A stretch of DNA of 64,000 bases. Origin: an uncultured Gammaproteobacteria bacterium (GTDB lineage Bacteria > Pseudomonadota > Gammaproteobacteria > Steroidobacterales > Rariloculaceae). Shown here piece after piece: positions 18,561-28,722 of the stretch. The position numbers were made by a program, and so were the translations under genes. Position 1 is the stretch's first letter, and every line of letters begins with the position of its first letter. The notes under the pieces are model-generated. The model made no database searches, was not told the origin of the DNA, and saw only the letters and a program-made list of their open reading frames with translations. The stretch covers positions 300,732-364,731 of the forward strand of contig CAWJDS010000017.1 in NCBI GenBank assembly GCA_963841645.1, given 5' to 3'.

Positions 18561-20273
18561 ATGGGAGCCTTGACGGAACCCCACGGAGGGGAGCTGAAGA
18601 ATTTGTACCTCGACGAGGTTGGCGCGCGCGCCGAAAAGACGCGTAGCCGCGACCTGCCGTCGTGGGACCTCTCGATGCGCCAGACTTGCGATATCGAGAT
18701 GTTGCTGAACGGCGCATTCTCGCCGCTCGAAGGCTTCCTCGGCGAAAAAGACTATCGCTCCGTGCTCGCAAAGACGCGCCTCGCGTCCGGAGTCATTTGG
18801 CCGATGCCGATCACGCTCGACGTGACGCCGGCGTTTGCGGACAAGATCAAGGAAGGCGACACGATCGCGCTCCGCGACGCCGAAGGCGTGCTGATCGCGA
18901 CGATGGACGTGTCGAGCATCTACCGCCCTGACAAGGCGGCCGAGGCGAAGGCCATTTTCGGCACGACCGACGAGCTGCACCCGGGCGTCAGCTATCTGAT
19001 GCGGCGCGCGAACGAGGTCTACCTCGGCGGCAAGCTTCGCGGCGTCGAGACTCCGAGCCACTACGATTTCAAGCACTTGCGAGATACTCCTCGCGAGCTT
19101 CGTGAGCGATTCCAGAAGCTCGGCTGGCGCCGCATCGTCGCGTTCCAGACGCGCAACCCGATGCACCGCGCGCACCAGGAGCTGACGTTCCGGGCGGCCA
19201 AAGAGGTCGAGGCGAATCTGCTGATTCAGCCCGTCGTCGGCATGACGAAGCCCGGCGACGTCGATCACTACACGCGCGTGCGCTGCTACGAGCATCTGAT
19301 CAAGGCGTACCCGGAGCAGACGACCACGCTCTCGCTGCTGCCGCTCGCGATGCGCATGGGCGGACCGCGCGAGGCGCTCTGGCACGCGATCATTCGCAAG
19401 AACTACGGCTGCACGCACTTCATCGTCGGCCGCGACCACGCGGGTCCGGGCAAGGACAGCACGGGCAAACCGTTCTACGGCCCGTACGACGCGCAGGATC
19501 TCTTGAAGGAGCACGAGAAGGAGCTCGGCATCACGATGGTGCCGTTCAAGAACATGGTGTACGTCGAGGAGAAGGCTCAGTACTTCCCCGACAACGAGGT
19601 CGAGCCCGGCATGCGCACGCTCGACATCTCCGGTACGGAGCTGCGGCGCCGCTTACAAGAGGGCGCGGATATCCCCGAGTGGTTCTCGTTCCCCGAGGTG
19701 GTCGCGGAGCTGCGTCGAACGCATCCGCCGCGGCACCGGCAGGGCTTCACCGTCTTCTTCACGGGACTCTCGGGCTCCGGCAAGTCGACGGTTGCGAATG
19801 CGTTGATGGTCAAGCTCATGGAGATGGGTGGGCGGCCCGTCACGCTGCTCGACGGCGACGTCGTTCGCAAGCACCTCTCGAGCGAGCTCGGCTTCTCGAA
19901 GGAGCACCGCGATCTCAACATCCAGCGGATCGGCTACGTCGCGAGCGAGATCACGAAGAACGGCGGCATCGCGATTTGCGCGCCGATTGCGCCCTACGCG
20001 GCGACTCGCAAGCTCGTGCGCGAAATGATCGAGCCGCTCGGTGGCTTCCTCGAGCTTCACGTCGCGACGCCGATCGAAGTTTGCGAGGCGCGCGACCGCA
20101 AGGGTCTGTACGCCAAGGCGCGCGCGGGCATTCTCAAGGGCTTCACGGGCATCGACGATCCGTACGAGGTTCCGGAGAAGCCCGAGCTCAGGCTCGACAC
20201 GGCCGAGCTCACACCGGACCTCGCGGCTCACCGCATCATCGTCAAGCTCGAGTCACTCGGCTTCATCCGCTAA
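18561..20273 (+). CDS. sat: Bifunctional Sat-type sulfate adenylyltransferase / adenylylsulfate kinase
   Basis: FQTRNPMHRAH, IVGRDHAG; C-terminal GLSGSGKST, LLDGD, RDRKGLY, FTGIDDPYE. Confidence 0.95.
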   Translation: MGALTEPHGGELKNLYLDEVGARAEKTRSRDLPSWDLSMRQTCDIEMLLNGAFSPLEGFLGEKDYRSVLAKTRLASGVIWPMPITLDVTPAFADKIKEGDTIALRDAEGVLIATMDVSSIYRPDKAAEAKAIFGTTDELHPGVSYLMRRANEVYLGGKLRGVETPSHYDFKHLRDTPRELRERFQKLGWRRIVAFQTRNPMHRAHQELTFRAAKEVEANLLIQPVVGMTKPGDVDHYTRVRCYEHLIKAYPEQTTTLSLLPLAMRMGGPREALWHAIIRKNYGCTHFIVGRDHAGPGKDSTGKPFYGPYDAQDLLKEHEKELGITMVPFKNMVYVEEKAQYFPDNEVEPGMRTLDISGTELRRRLQEGADIPEWFSFPEVVAELRRTHPPRHRQGFTVFFTGLSGSGKSTVANALMVKLMEMGGRPVTLLDGDVVRKHLSSELGFSKEHRDLNIQRIGYVASEITKNGGIAICAPIAPYAATRKLVREMIEPLGGFLELHVATPIEVCEARDRKGLYAKARAGILKGFTGIDDPYEVPEKPELRLDTAELTPDLAAHRIIVKLESLGFIR

Positions 20274-20362
20274 CCGCGCTCGCGGTCGCGCTGCGCCGGC
20301 TGTCGTTCTTGCATGGCCGCCGGCGGGCCGCGGCCGCGCGCTGTCCCCCGAATTGGCACGGA

Positions 20363-20490
20363 GCCGTCGGGCTGTGGACGCACGGCCCCGTTCCCGAGAC
20401 CTTGTGAGCACAGGGATGTGCGAACAGAGCCCCAGGGATGGCGTCTTGGCGTGTCTCGGGAACGGGTCCGTGCGGCCGCAGCCCGACGGC
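20363..20490. repeat. Palindromic element copy A: 38-bp inverted arms around a 52-nt core
   Basis: Arms 20363-20400 and 20453-20490 (3 mismatches); core GCACAGGGATGTGCG..GAGCCCCAGGGATGGCGTCTTGGCGT shared with copy B. Confidence 0.85.
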
Positions 20491-20526
20491 GGCCGAATAA
20501 CAACGATGGCGATGAGTCCGTCGGCG

Positions 20527-21894
20527 CTACGCGGAAGCGGGGAAGTACGCGCCGAAGTACTGGTTGAGCATGCGATCGTGCGGATCGAGCTCACGGCGCA
20601 CCTTGTTGAAGAAGGCGAGCCGGCTGCCGAACCGCTGCGTCACGAGGTCGGGCGCCGCGTTGCGCGTCTGATTGAAGAATGGGGTGCCGCGATTGGTCGC
20701 GGCGAAATCGGCGAAGTCGAAGACGAAGTCGTCCCAGCCCTCCGTCTGCGTCGACAACGGGCTGATCGTGAACATCGCCGAATCGAACGACGGCGATAAG
20801 AGCGCGCTCCGGTCGCGATTGATTCTGAAGCTCACGCTCGGCATGTCGCAGCGAAACCCCGTCGTCGCGTAGTGCTCCTTGCAGAACAACTTATACGCGA
20901 GCACGGTCGTCGCGAACTCGGCGGCGGGGAAGGCCCATGTGGTGTATGAATAGCGGGCCTTGGCGCCGATGCGCCAGCGTCCGCTCTGCTCGACTGAGTT
21001 GCTGCCGGTTTTGACGAGCGCGCCGGTGATGAAGCTCTGGGTGACCTCGCTCAGGCTGTCGATCAACGGATAGCGCAGCTGGCGGATCGGCATTGCGCGG
21101 CCGAGCGAGCGCGCGGCCTCCGGCAGCGCGGAGTTCACGGCCCAGTCCTTCATGCGCCACGCGAAGCGCTTGCCGGGGTCTCCGTCGGCTGCCGGCCGGC
21201 GCAGCTCGAGATAAATGCGGTCGCGGAACGGGAGCAGATAGAGCTTCACGCCGGCCGCCGCCGATAGCAGCTTCGGCCCGAGCTTGCCGAAGTCCTTGAA
21301 CGACGTCTTCGCGGTTTGCACCGCGAAGCCTTGGATCGGCCGAACGCGCAGCGTGACCTCGTACACGACACCGAGCAGCCCATAGCTGAGTCTCATGACC
21401 GCGAGAAGGCTCTTGGTCTTCTCGCTCACCACGAAACGTTTGCCGCTCGGGCTCAACACCTTGAGCTGGACCGCATGCGCCGCGAATTGTCCCACGTCGC
21501 CTGCCATGGACGCCTCGAGCCCCGCTGCACAGACCGCGCCGCCGACCGTTCGGCTCGCGAGATCGAAGCCGCCGACGAGCTCGAGCCCTTCCTCTGCGAG
21601 CACTTCGGCGAGGTCGGGTAGCGAGATTCCGGGTTGAACCGTAACCGTATCGCGATCGATCTTGAGCACTCGATTCATCGCGGAGAGATCGAGCTGCGTG
21701 CCGCCGTTCGCCGTGATGCAGCGCGTCATCGAGCTGCCCGAGCCAATCGGGCGAACGGGTGAGGGGCAGCGCTTTCGATCGTTGAGGACCTGAAGGATCT
21801 CGGTCGGCGTGCTCGCTTGAATCGTGACGGCCGGGCCGGCCGATACTGCCGCGGGTGTTGGTACGCTGCGTCTGCGCGCGACGGCGGTGTTCAT
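20527..21894 (-). CDS. FAD-binding oxidoreductase, aldonolactone oxidase (VAO/ALO) family
   Basis: VRPIGSGSS, VTVQPGI, TVGGAV, GLLGVVYEVTL, RRELDPHDRMLN. Confidence 0.8.
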   Translation of the reverse strand: MNTAVARRRSVPTPAAVSAGPAVTIQASTPTEILQVLNDRKRCPSPVRPIGSGSSMTRCITANGGTQLDLSAMNRVLKIDRDTVTVQPGISLPDLAEVLAEEGLELVGGFDLASRTVGGAVCAAGLEASMAGDVGQFAAHAVQLKVLSPSGKRFVVSEKTKSLLAVMRLSYGLLGVVYEVTLRVRPIQGFAVQTAKTSFKDFGKLGPKLLSAAAGVKLYLLPFRDRIYLELRRPAADGDPGKRFAWRMKDWAVNSALPEAARSLGRAMPIRQLRYPLIDSLSEVTQSFITGALVKTGSNSVEQSGRWRIGAKARYSYTTWAFPAAEFATTVLAYKLFCKEHYATTGFRCDMPSVSFRINRDRSALLSPSFDSAMFTISPLSTQTEGWDDFVFDFADFAATNRGTPFFNQTRNAAPDLVTQRFGSRLAFFNKVRRELDPHDRMLNQYFGAYFPASA

Positions 21895-22134
21895 GGATGC
21901 TCCCTCTCCCAGTCGTTCTTTTGCTGCCGGCGTGGGGCTTCAGCACGACGAGCGGGAGAGGGACGCGGCGCGCTTCGCGCGGCGTGCCGGCAACCCCGCT
22001 GTCATAGGACGAGTCCCTTAGACCGGAAGCTTTGCGTCCCCGGCTTTCGCCGGGTTTACCGTGATCAGCCGAGCGACTATCTCTCAGAAGTGCGTCGTCG
22101 GCAAGCGACGTCCGTCACTTGCGACAACGTTATG

Positions 22135-23221
22135 TCAATGCGGTGGCTTGGAATCGGCGCCGGTCTCGAGCGCCTTGTCGAGAAAGTGGTAAATCTTGCG
22201 GCGCGTGAAGTTAAGTCCGAGCGGCGTGAGCGAGTAGAACGCCGTGCGATGGTGGTAGAGCAGTGTGATGCGCTGCGGCCGCCCGGTGACCTCCCAAAGC
22301 GCCGCACGCGCCGACTCCGGCATGCAGTCGTCGAAATACGTGTCGATCATCAGGATCTTGTTAGGGTCGTAGTGGCCCGCGTACATCGTGGGATCGGCGG
22401 TATCGAATAGGCTGGCGAAGAAATTTCGGTACTGATCGAGCGTCCAGCCGAAGCTCTTCATCGTATGGTCGCGGACCTCGGCGACTCGGTCGCCGCAGCT
22501 CGCGAACACGTCCGCGTAGTGCGCGGCACCCATCATGAACACCGCGGCATCGATGCGCGAGTCGTTGCCGAGCAGCGTCGCGGTCACGAGCGCGCTCATG
22601 CTGAAGCCGACGAACGCGATACGCGTGGCGTCGATCTCCGGCTGTGTCGCGGCCCAGTCGATCAACCGGCGCATGTCGACGACGGCCGACCGATAGCGCT
22701 CGGCGCTGTCGCGCGCCATTGCCATGAACTCGGCCTCGGTCTTCGCCGCGCGCAGCGTGGGCCACGGGAACAGCGGTGCTGCGTCGTAGATCCAGATCAC
22801 GTTGGCGTCCTTGCCGGCATGGCGCGCGTAGCCGTGCGAGATCTTGTCGGGCGGGTAGGTGCTGGTGCCCCAGATCGGCATTACGACGACGAGCTTCTTG
22901 GGGCCGGGATCGCGGCTGCGCAGGTACAGCCCCTCGACGATGTTCTGCGGATGGCCATTGTGTCCGCTCGAGGCGTACTCGAACCGGAGGATGTCGTGCG
23001 CGTGCGTCTGGTCCATCGGCGACAGACGGACGTCGGGCGGATTGCCGGCGCGGGTCGGTGAATTCGGGATGGCCCTGCCCGGTCGGGGTGTACGTGAACC
23101 CGACCGGCGGCGCGAGCTCGCGGTTCACGTGGAGCACGCAGCCAGTGCTCGCGACCACTATCAGCAGAGCCAAGATGCGGAGCAAACGCGTCGAGAGCAA
23201 CTTTCGTTTCCGTGAATCCAC
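22135..23221 (-). CDS. Lipoprotein alpha/beta hydrolase (indel near 23020-23050)
   Basis: Lipobox STGC in the upstream frame; PEIDATRIAFVGFSMSA nucleophile elbow. Confidence 0.7.
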
Positions 23222-23307
23222 TGTGGTCACGCGCCGGCGAGTGCGCGAGGCGCGCATTCTACCCGAGCGCAGTGTGACGCCGTGCAAACGATTGGACGCG
23301 TGCGCCT

Positions 23308-24518
<1,211 letters not shown>

Positions 24519-24655
24519 CGAGGGCACCGGACGCCGAAATTCGGGCGCTAACGCTAGCAGCGTCGGCCGCGTCGAGGTCGAGACGCTTCCAGCTTTCTCC
24601 AGGTTAGGACTGTTTCGTTGCGGGTGCGAGCGGGGTCGTATAGATTCGGGCCCTT

Positions 24656-24901
24656 ATGCGAGGCGCCCGCAAGATCGAGCAGACGAGCCTGCGCGAGCAA
24701 GTCGAGCGGCTCTTGCCGAGCTGGAGGCAGTGGTATCCGAGCTTGTTCGACGCGGCCTCGGACCTCGGCCTGATTCGAGCGCGTGTGTGCCCGCCGGGCA
24801 GCCTGCTGCTGAGCCGGCGCCATGCCGACGTGCGGCGCGAGGCCGAAGAAGCCCACCGCGAGAAGTGGGGCGTCGGGCCGGAAGAGGCGCGCGAGGAATG
24901 A
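24656..24901 (+). CDS. Small hypothetical protein (81 aa)
   Basis: Protein-like core [17 protein letters not shown]; ATGA coupling to the next gene. Confidence 0.6.
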   Translation: MRGARKIEQTSLREQVERLLPSWRQWYPSLFDAASDLGLIRARVCPPGSLLLSRRHADVRREAEEAHREKWGVGPEEAREE

Positions 24902-25357
24902 GCGCGGCGCCGGGCCGGCCGCCGTTCCCGCCGTTCACCGCCGAGACCGCGAAGATCAAGGTCAAGGCCGCCGAGGACGCATGGAATACGCGCGACCCGG
25001 CGCGCGTCGCGGCGGCTTACACCGAGGACTCGGAGTGGCGCAACCGCGACGAGTTCATCCGCGGCCGCGCCGAAATCCAAGCGCTTCCTCGAGCGCAAGT
25101 GGGAACGAGAGCTCGACTACCGGCTACGCAAGGCGTTGTGGGCGTTCACGGACCGCCGGATCGCGGTCCGCTTCCAGTACGAGTGGCACGACAAATCCGG
25201 GCGCTGGTTCCGGTCCTACGGCAACGAGCTCTGGGAGTTCGCGGACAACGGCCTGATGCGCCGCCGCGAAGCAAGCATCAACGACGTGTCGATCGGCGCC
25301 GACGAGCGCCGGTTCGCGAGCGCGAGCTGGCTCACGGACGAGATCCCGCTTCGCTAG
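24898..25357 (+). CDS. DUF1348 / SnoaL-like NTF2-fold protein (indel near 25082)
   Basis: [59 protein letters not shown]. Confidence 0.9.
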
Positions 25358-26252
25358 CGTCGCTCGCGAGGTTGCGGCGCAGGTGCTCGTCGAGGAACGC
25401 CGCGACGAGGCTCGTGCGCTCCGCGTCGAAGAACGCTCCGCCGCCGTGCCCGGCCCCGTGCACCACGATCAACTTCGCGTCGAGACCGGCGCGTTCATAC
25501 GCACCCTCGAGCTCGTGGGACTGGTTGATCGGCATCTGCGGGTCTTGATCGCCGTGCAGCAGGAGCAGCGGCGGATCGCGGGCGTCGATCTGGAATACCG
25601 GGCTCGCGAGTCGCGCGAGCTCTTCCTCCTCGTTCGGCAGCCCGCCGAGCAGCGTCTTGAGCGCGGGCTCGCGGATGCCGAGCCCGTACGGCGTCGATTG
25701 GGCGAGGATCGTGAGCAGATCGGACGCGCCGAAGTAGGACACGATCGCGTGCACCTCGGACGAAACGCCGAGATGCTCGCCGAGCGCGCCCTCGAGCTCC
25801 GCGCGGCCGTTGGTCGTGCCGACGAGTGCGGCGAGATGGCCGCCCGAGGACTCGCCGAGGATGCCGATGCGCGTCGCGTCGTACCCATATTCCGGCGCCC
25901 GCGCGCGCAGGTAGCGCAGCGCCGCCTTGATGTCATGCACCTGGCCCGGGAAGCGTGCTCGCGACGCGGGCCGAAAATCGAGGCTCGCGATCGCATAGCC
26001 GCGCTCGACGAGCGCACTGAGGGGCATCCGCTCCTTCGAGCCGACTTCCCAGCGGCCGCCGTGCAGCCAGACGAGCAGCGGCGCATGGGGCGTGGAGGGC
26101 TGGTAGAGATCGAGCTTGAGCGCTTGGCCGCCGGCCTCGGCGTATTCGAGGTCAGTGACCTTCTGCGCGCCTTGCGCGACCCCGGCGGCACTCCAGGCGG
26201 CGCCTGCGGCCAGCACCGCGGCCGCTCGTAGAACCCTCGAACGAGTTGTCAT
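25332..26252 (-). CDS. Secreted alpha/beta hydrolase (BD-FAE/HSL-like esterase)
   Basis: HGGRW, GESSGG, HGDQD, GAGHG; signal peptide. Confidence 0.88.
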   Translation of the reverse strand: MTTRSRVLRAAAVLAAGAAWSAAGVAQGAQKVTDLEYAEAGGQALKLDLYQPSTPHAPLLVWLHGGRWEVGSKERMPLSALVERGYAIASLDFRPASRARFPGQVHDIKAALRYLRARAPEYGYDATRIGILGESSGGHLAALVGTTNGRAELEGALGEHLGVSSEVHAIVSYFGASDLLTILAQSTPYGLGIREPALKTLLGGLPNEEEELARLASPVFQIDARDPPLLLLHGDQDPQMPINQSHELEGAYERAGLDAKLIVVHGAGHGGGAFFDAERTSLVAAFLDEHLRRNLASDASEAGSRP

Positions 26253-26328
26253 GCCCGCGAATTCCCCCCAGAAGTCGAGCGGATCCACTATAGCGGCGTC
26301 GCGCGCCGTCCGCTAATTGGCGCGAAGG

Positions 26329-26543
26329 CTGTCCACAGTCGGAGGCGGGAGAGATCGGCCGTTCTAGGCGGCTCCGGGTTGAAGCGCGATCACGACTAGG
26401 AATTAGGGGAAAGCCTTGATGGCCGTGCGCTGGATCGATTTTGACGCTTTTTTGACCATTCCAACGCGGCACGAGAGCGCTGCCCGGCGCGCGACTGCTT
26501 TCAAGTCCTTTTCCACAACGTTATCCACAGATTCTGTGGATTG
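26329..26543. promoter_or_regulatory. Cluster of DnaA-box-like 9-mers
   Basis: TTATCCACA 26521-26529 (perfect), TTTTCCACA 26509-26517, inverted TGTGGATTG 26535-26543, CTGTCCACA 26329-26337. Confidence 0.6.
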
Positions 26544-26576
26544 GTTGCGGCACGACGAAGCGGCGTGTCGGCGGCG

Positions 26577-27896
26577 TCAGCGGGGGGTGGCGCCGACGCG
26601 AAAGGTCATTTGGAGCCGGATCTCGGTCTCGGTCGCATGCTTCGGGGCGCCGTACGACGCGTAGAAGAACGCCCAGTTGTCCCGCGCCGAGTCGATCTGC
26701 AGCCACTCGATGCCGCCGCTCCAGCGGGCCGAGTGCTCGTAGCGGTAAGCGAGTGTCCAGGCATGGCCGTCGTCCGACCGAAGACCCGCCGGTTGGCCCT
26801 CGGTACGGTGCATGTCGAATGCGTCGTAGCGCAAGGACACGCGGTGCGCGCCGCGCACGAGCCGCGTGAGCATCAGGAATTTCGCGTCGAAGTCGTCGCG
26901 CACGAGCGAGGCGACCGGGGAGAGCGTGCCGTCGGCGCGTGCGCCTTGAACCCAATACGTCTCGCCTTGGAGCCACTGAGCGACGAGCCCGAGGTCCCAC
27001 GGCAAGCCGGCTTGCAGACCGAGGTGATTGAACGACGTGCCCCAACCCCATTGGCCGCTGGAGTAGGCATACGGGTCGGCACGGTTGTCGTAGCGCGCGA
27101 GCTGGACGAGCACGCGGTGCGCATAGCTCCACTCGACGCCCGCATAGGCGCCGGGCCGGTGATCGATCTCGTCGATCGGATCGACGGACTGAGCCGCGTG
27201 ACCGACCACGGAGCCCGTGAAATCGAAGATCGGGCGCGGCGGCATCGGCAGCGTGTCGCCGAGTCGCGTCTGGCGGTCGTGCAACGACCAGCCGCGCCAG
27301 AAGAGCAGGGTGCCCGCGGGGTCGTTGCCGTAGAAGGCCGAGGCGAACGCGCGCAGCTCGTGCGGTGAGCCTGCGAAGCCGATTCGGCGATGCAGCGACC
27401 ATTCGACGCCGATAGGCCGCACTTCCTCGCCGAGCCACGTGTTGATGGCCGAATACGAATACGTGAACGGGCTCTGCCAGCCGAGGTCGACGTTCTCGAG
27501 CGAAAGCGGTGGGTAGAACGCGCCGAAGCGGATCTGCTGCTGATTTTCCGACTTCGGTATCGGACGCCAATCCATGTAGGCCTCGGTGACGTCGAGGCCG
27601 GACGAGGCGTCGGACTGGTAGTCGGCGATCACGGTCGCCGACAGCGTGCTGGCGATGCGGCCGCGATACTGCCCGAACACTCGCGTCGACTCGAGGCCGT
27701 CGTTCGTCTCTGCATAGCGCAGCTTGCCGAGACCGCCATCGGTCCACGCGCCGAGAGGACTGTCGGCGTGCACATAGCTCGCGTCGATCTCGAGCTGGAA
27801 GCGGTTACGGTCGCTCCCGGAGTCGTCCGCGAGCGCGGCGCCCGCGAGCGCGGCAGCGGCGGCTGCGACCGCGACGTGCCTTAGTACTTTGTCCAT
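26577..27896 (-). CDS. Putative outer-membrane beta-barrel protein
   Basis: Signal peptide, alternating aromatic strands; GAFYPPLSLEN, SAINTWLGEE, GTLLFWRGWSLHDRQ. Confidence 0.7.
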   Translation of the reverse strand: MDKVLRHVAVAAAAAALAGAALADDSGSDRNRFQLEIDASYVHADSPLGAWTDGGLGKLRYAETNDGLESTRVFGQYRGRIASTLSATVIADYQSDASSGLDVTEAYMDWRPIPKSENQQQIRFGAFYPPLSLENVDLGWQSPFTYSYSAINTWLGEEVRPIGVEWSLHRRIGFAGSPHELRAFASAFYGNDPAGTLLFWRGWSLHDRQTRLGDTLPMPPRPIFDFTGSVVGHAAQSVDPIDEIDHRPGAYAGVEWSYAHRVLVQLARYDNRADPYAYSSGQWGWGTSFNHLGLQAGLPWDLGLVAQWLQGETYWVQGARADGTLSPVASLVRDDFDAKFLMLTRLVRGAHRVSLRYDAFDMHRTEGQPAGLRSDDGHAWTLAYRYEHSARWSGGIEWLQIDSARDNWAFFYASYGAPKHATETEIRLQMTFRVGATPR

Positions 27897-28558
27897 GGCA
27901 GCGAGCTCACGCGCCCGCCCTCGTAGAAGTCGGGAGCGAGCTTCCCTTCGAGCTTGATCGAGAGGGTCTGCGTGCCGTCCGTGGCGACCTTGATGGTCCT
28001 CGGCGCGGGCATCTCGTTCGGGCGCAGACGCGGCGTCCAGACGTGCAGGGAGTAGTCGTCGGCCGAGAGGCCGTCGAGTGACAGCGAGCCCTGCGCGTCA
28101 GTCGACGCGAAATGCGGCGTGTCGACCACGAGAATGTAGCCGAGCATGCTGTCGTGAATGTTGCAGCCGAGCACGACGACGCCGGGTCGGTCGAACACGA
28201 GCGGCGGGTGCGCGTTGCCCTTGTACAGCGGAAGCTCGAACGTCTTCGGCTCCGAGAACGAATAGACGTGGTGGCTAACGACGTCGTTGTTCGGAAACAG
28301 CACCGATGTGCCGGTTTGAACGATCAGGATGTGCGGCACGAACGCGTTGTGGGCCTGGTCCATGACCGAGCTCGGCGTGCTCGCAGCTGGTGCGGCCGGC
28401 TTGCTCGGCACTGCGTACACGACGACGTGCGCGACGGGGCCGTGCTCGTCGACGACGGTAACGCGCAGCGAGCCGGCTTGCGCCGACGCGCCGAGACTGA
28501 GCGCCAGTATCCATACAGCGCTGCGCGACTTGCTCGACCGTAGTACGCCGGTCGTCAT
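27881..28558 (-). CDS. Secreted cupredoxin-like protein (family often labelled 'methylamine utilization protein')
   Basis: FVPHIL, FPNND..HHVYSFS, GCNIHDSM (type-1 Cu-like ligand set). Confidence 0.8.
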   Translation of the reverse strand: MTTGVLRSSKSRSAVWILALSLGASAQAGSLRVTVVDEHGPVAHVVVYAVPSKPAAPAASTPSSVMDQAHNAFVPHILIVQTGTSVLFPNNDVVSHHVYSFSEPKTFELPLYKGNAHPPLVFDRPGVVVLGCNIHDSMLGYILVVDTPHFASTDAQGSLSLDGLSADDYSLHVWTPRLRPNEMPAPRTIKVATDGTQTLSIKLEGKLAPDFYEGGRVSSLPWTKY

Positions 28559-28722
28559 GCTGGAGCTCGCGAGTGGGTAGCGTCGGAATATGTTAGAAGC
28601 CGCGGCCTGCCTTATCCGTGAACGGTCGCACACTCCGCGCGCCGCGAGGCCGGTAGCATCGATAACTGCGTTGCAGTTTCAGCCGATCGGCCGCGCGGCG
28701 ATGAGCGCGGGCGCGGGGTCCG

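Noticed and set aside
20354-20370. TGGCACG as a sigma-54 promoter
   Set aside because: No TTGC at -12, and it lies between convergent genes.
20363-20490. CRISPR or integron attC interpretation of the palindromes
   Set aside because: No spaced direct-repeat array, no cas or intI gene, no RYYYAAC/GTTRRRY ends.
27881-28558. Methylamine utilisation pathway
   Set aside because: No mauABDE genes; the label is a loose family annotation.
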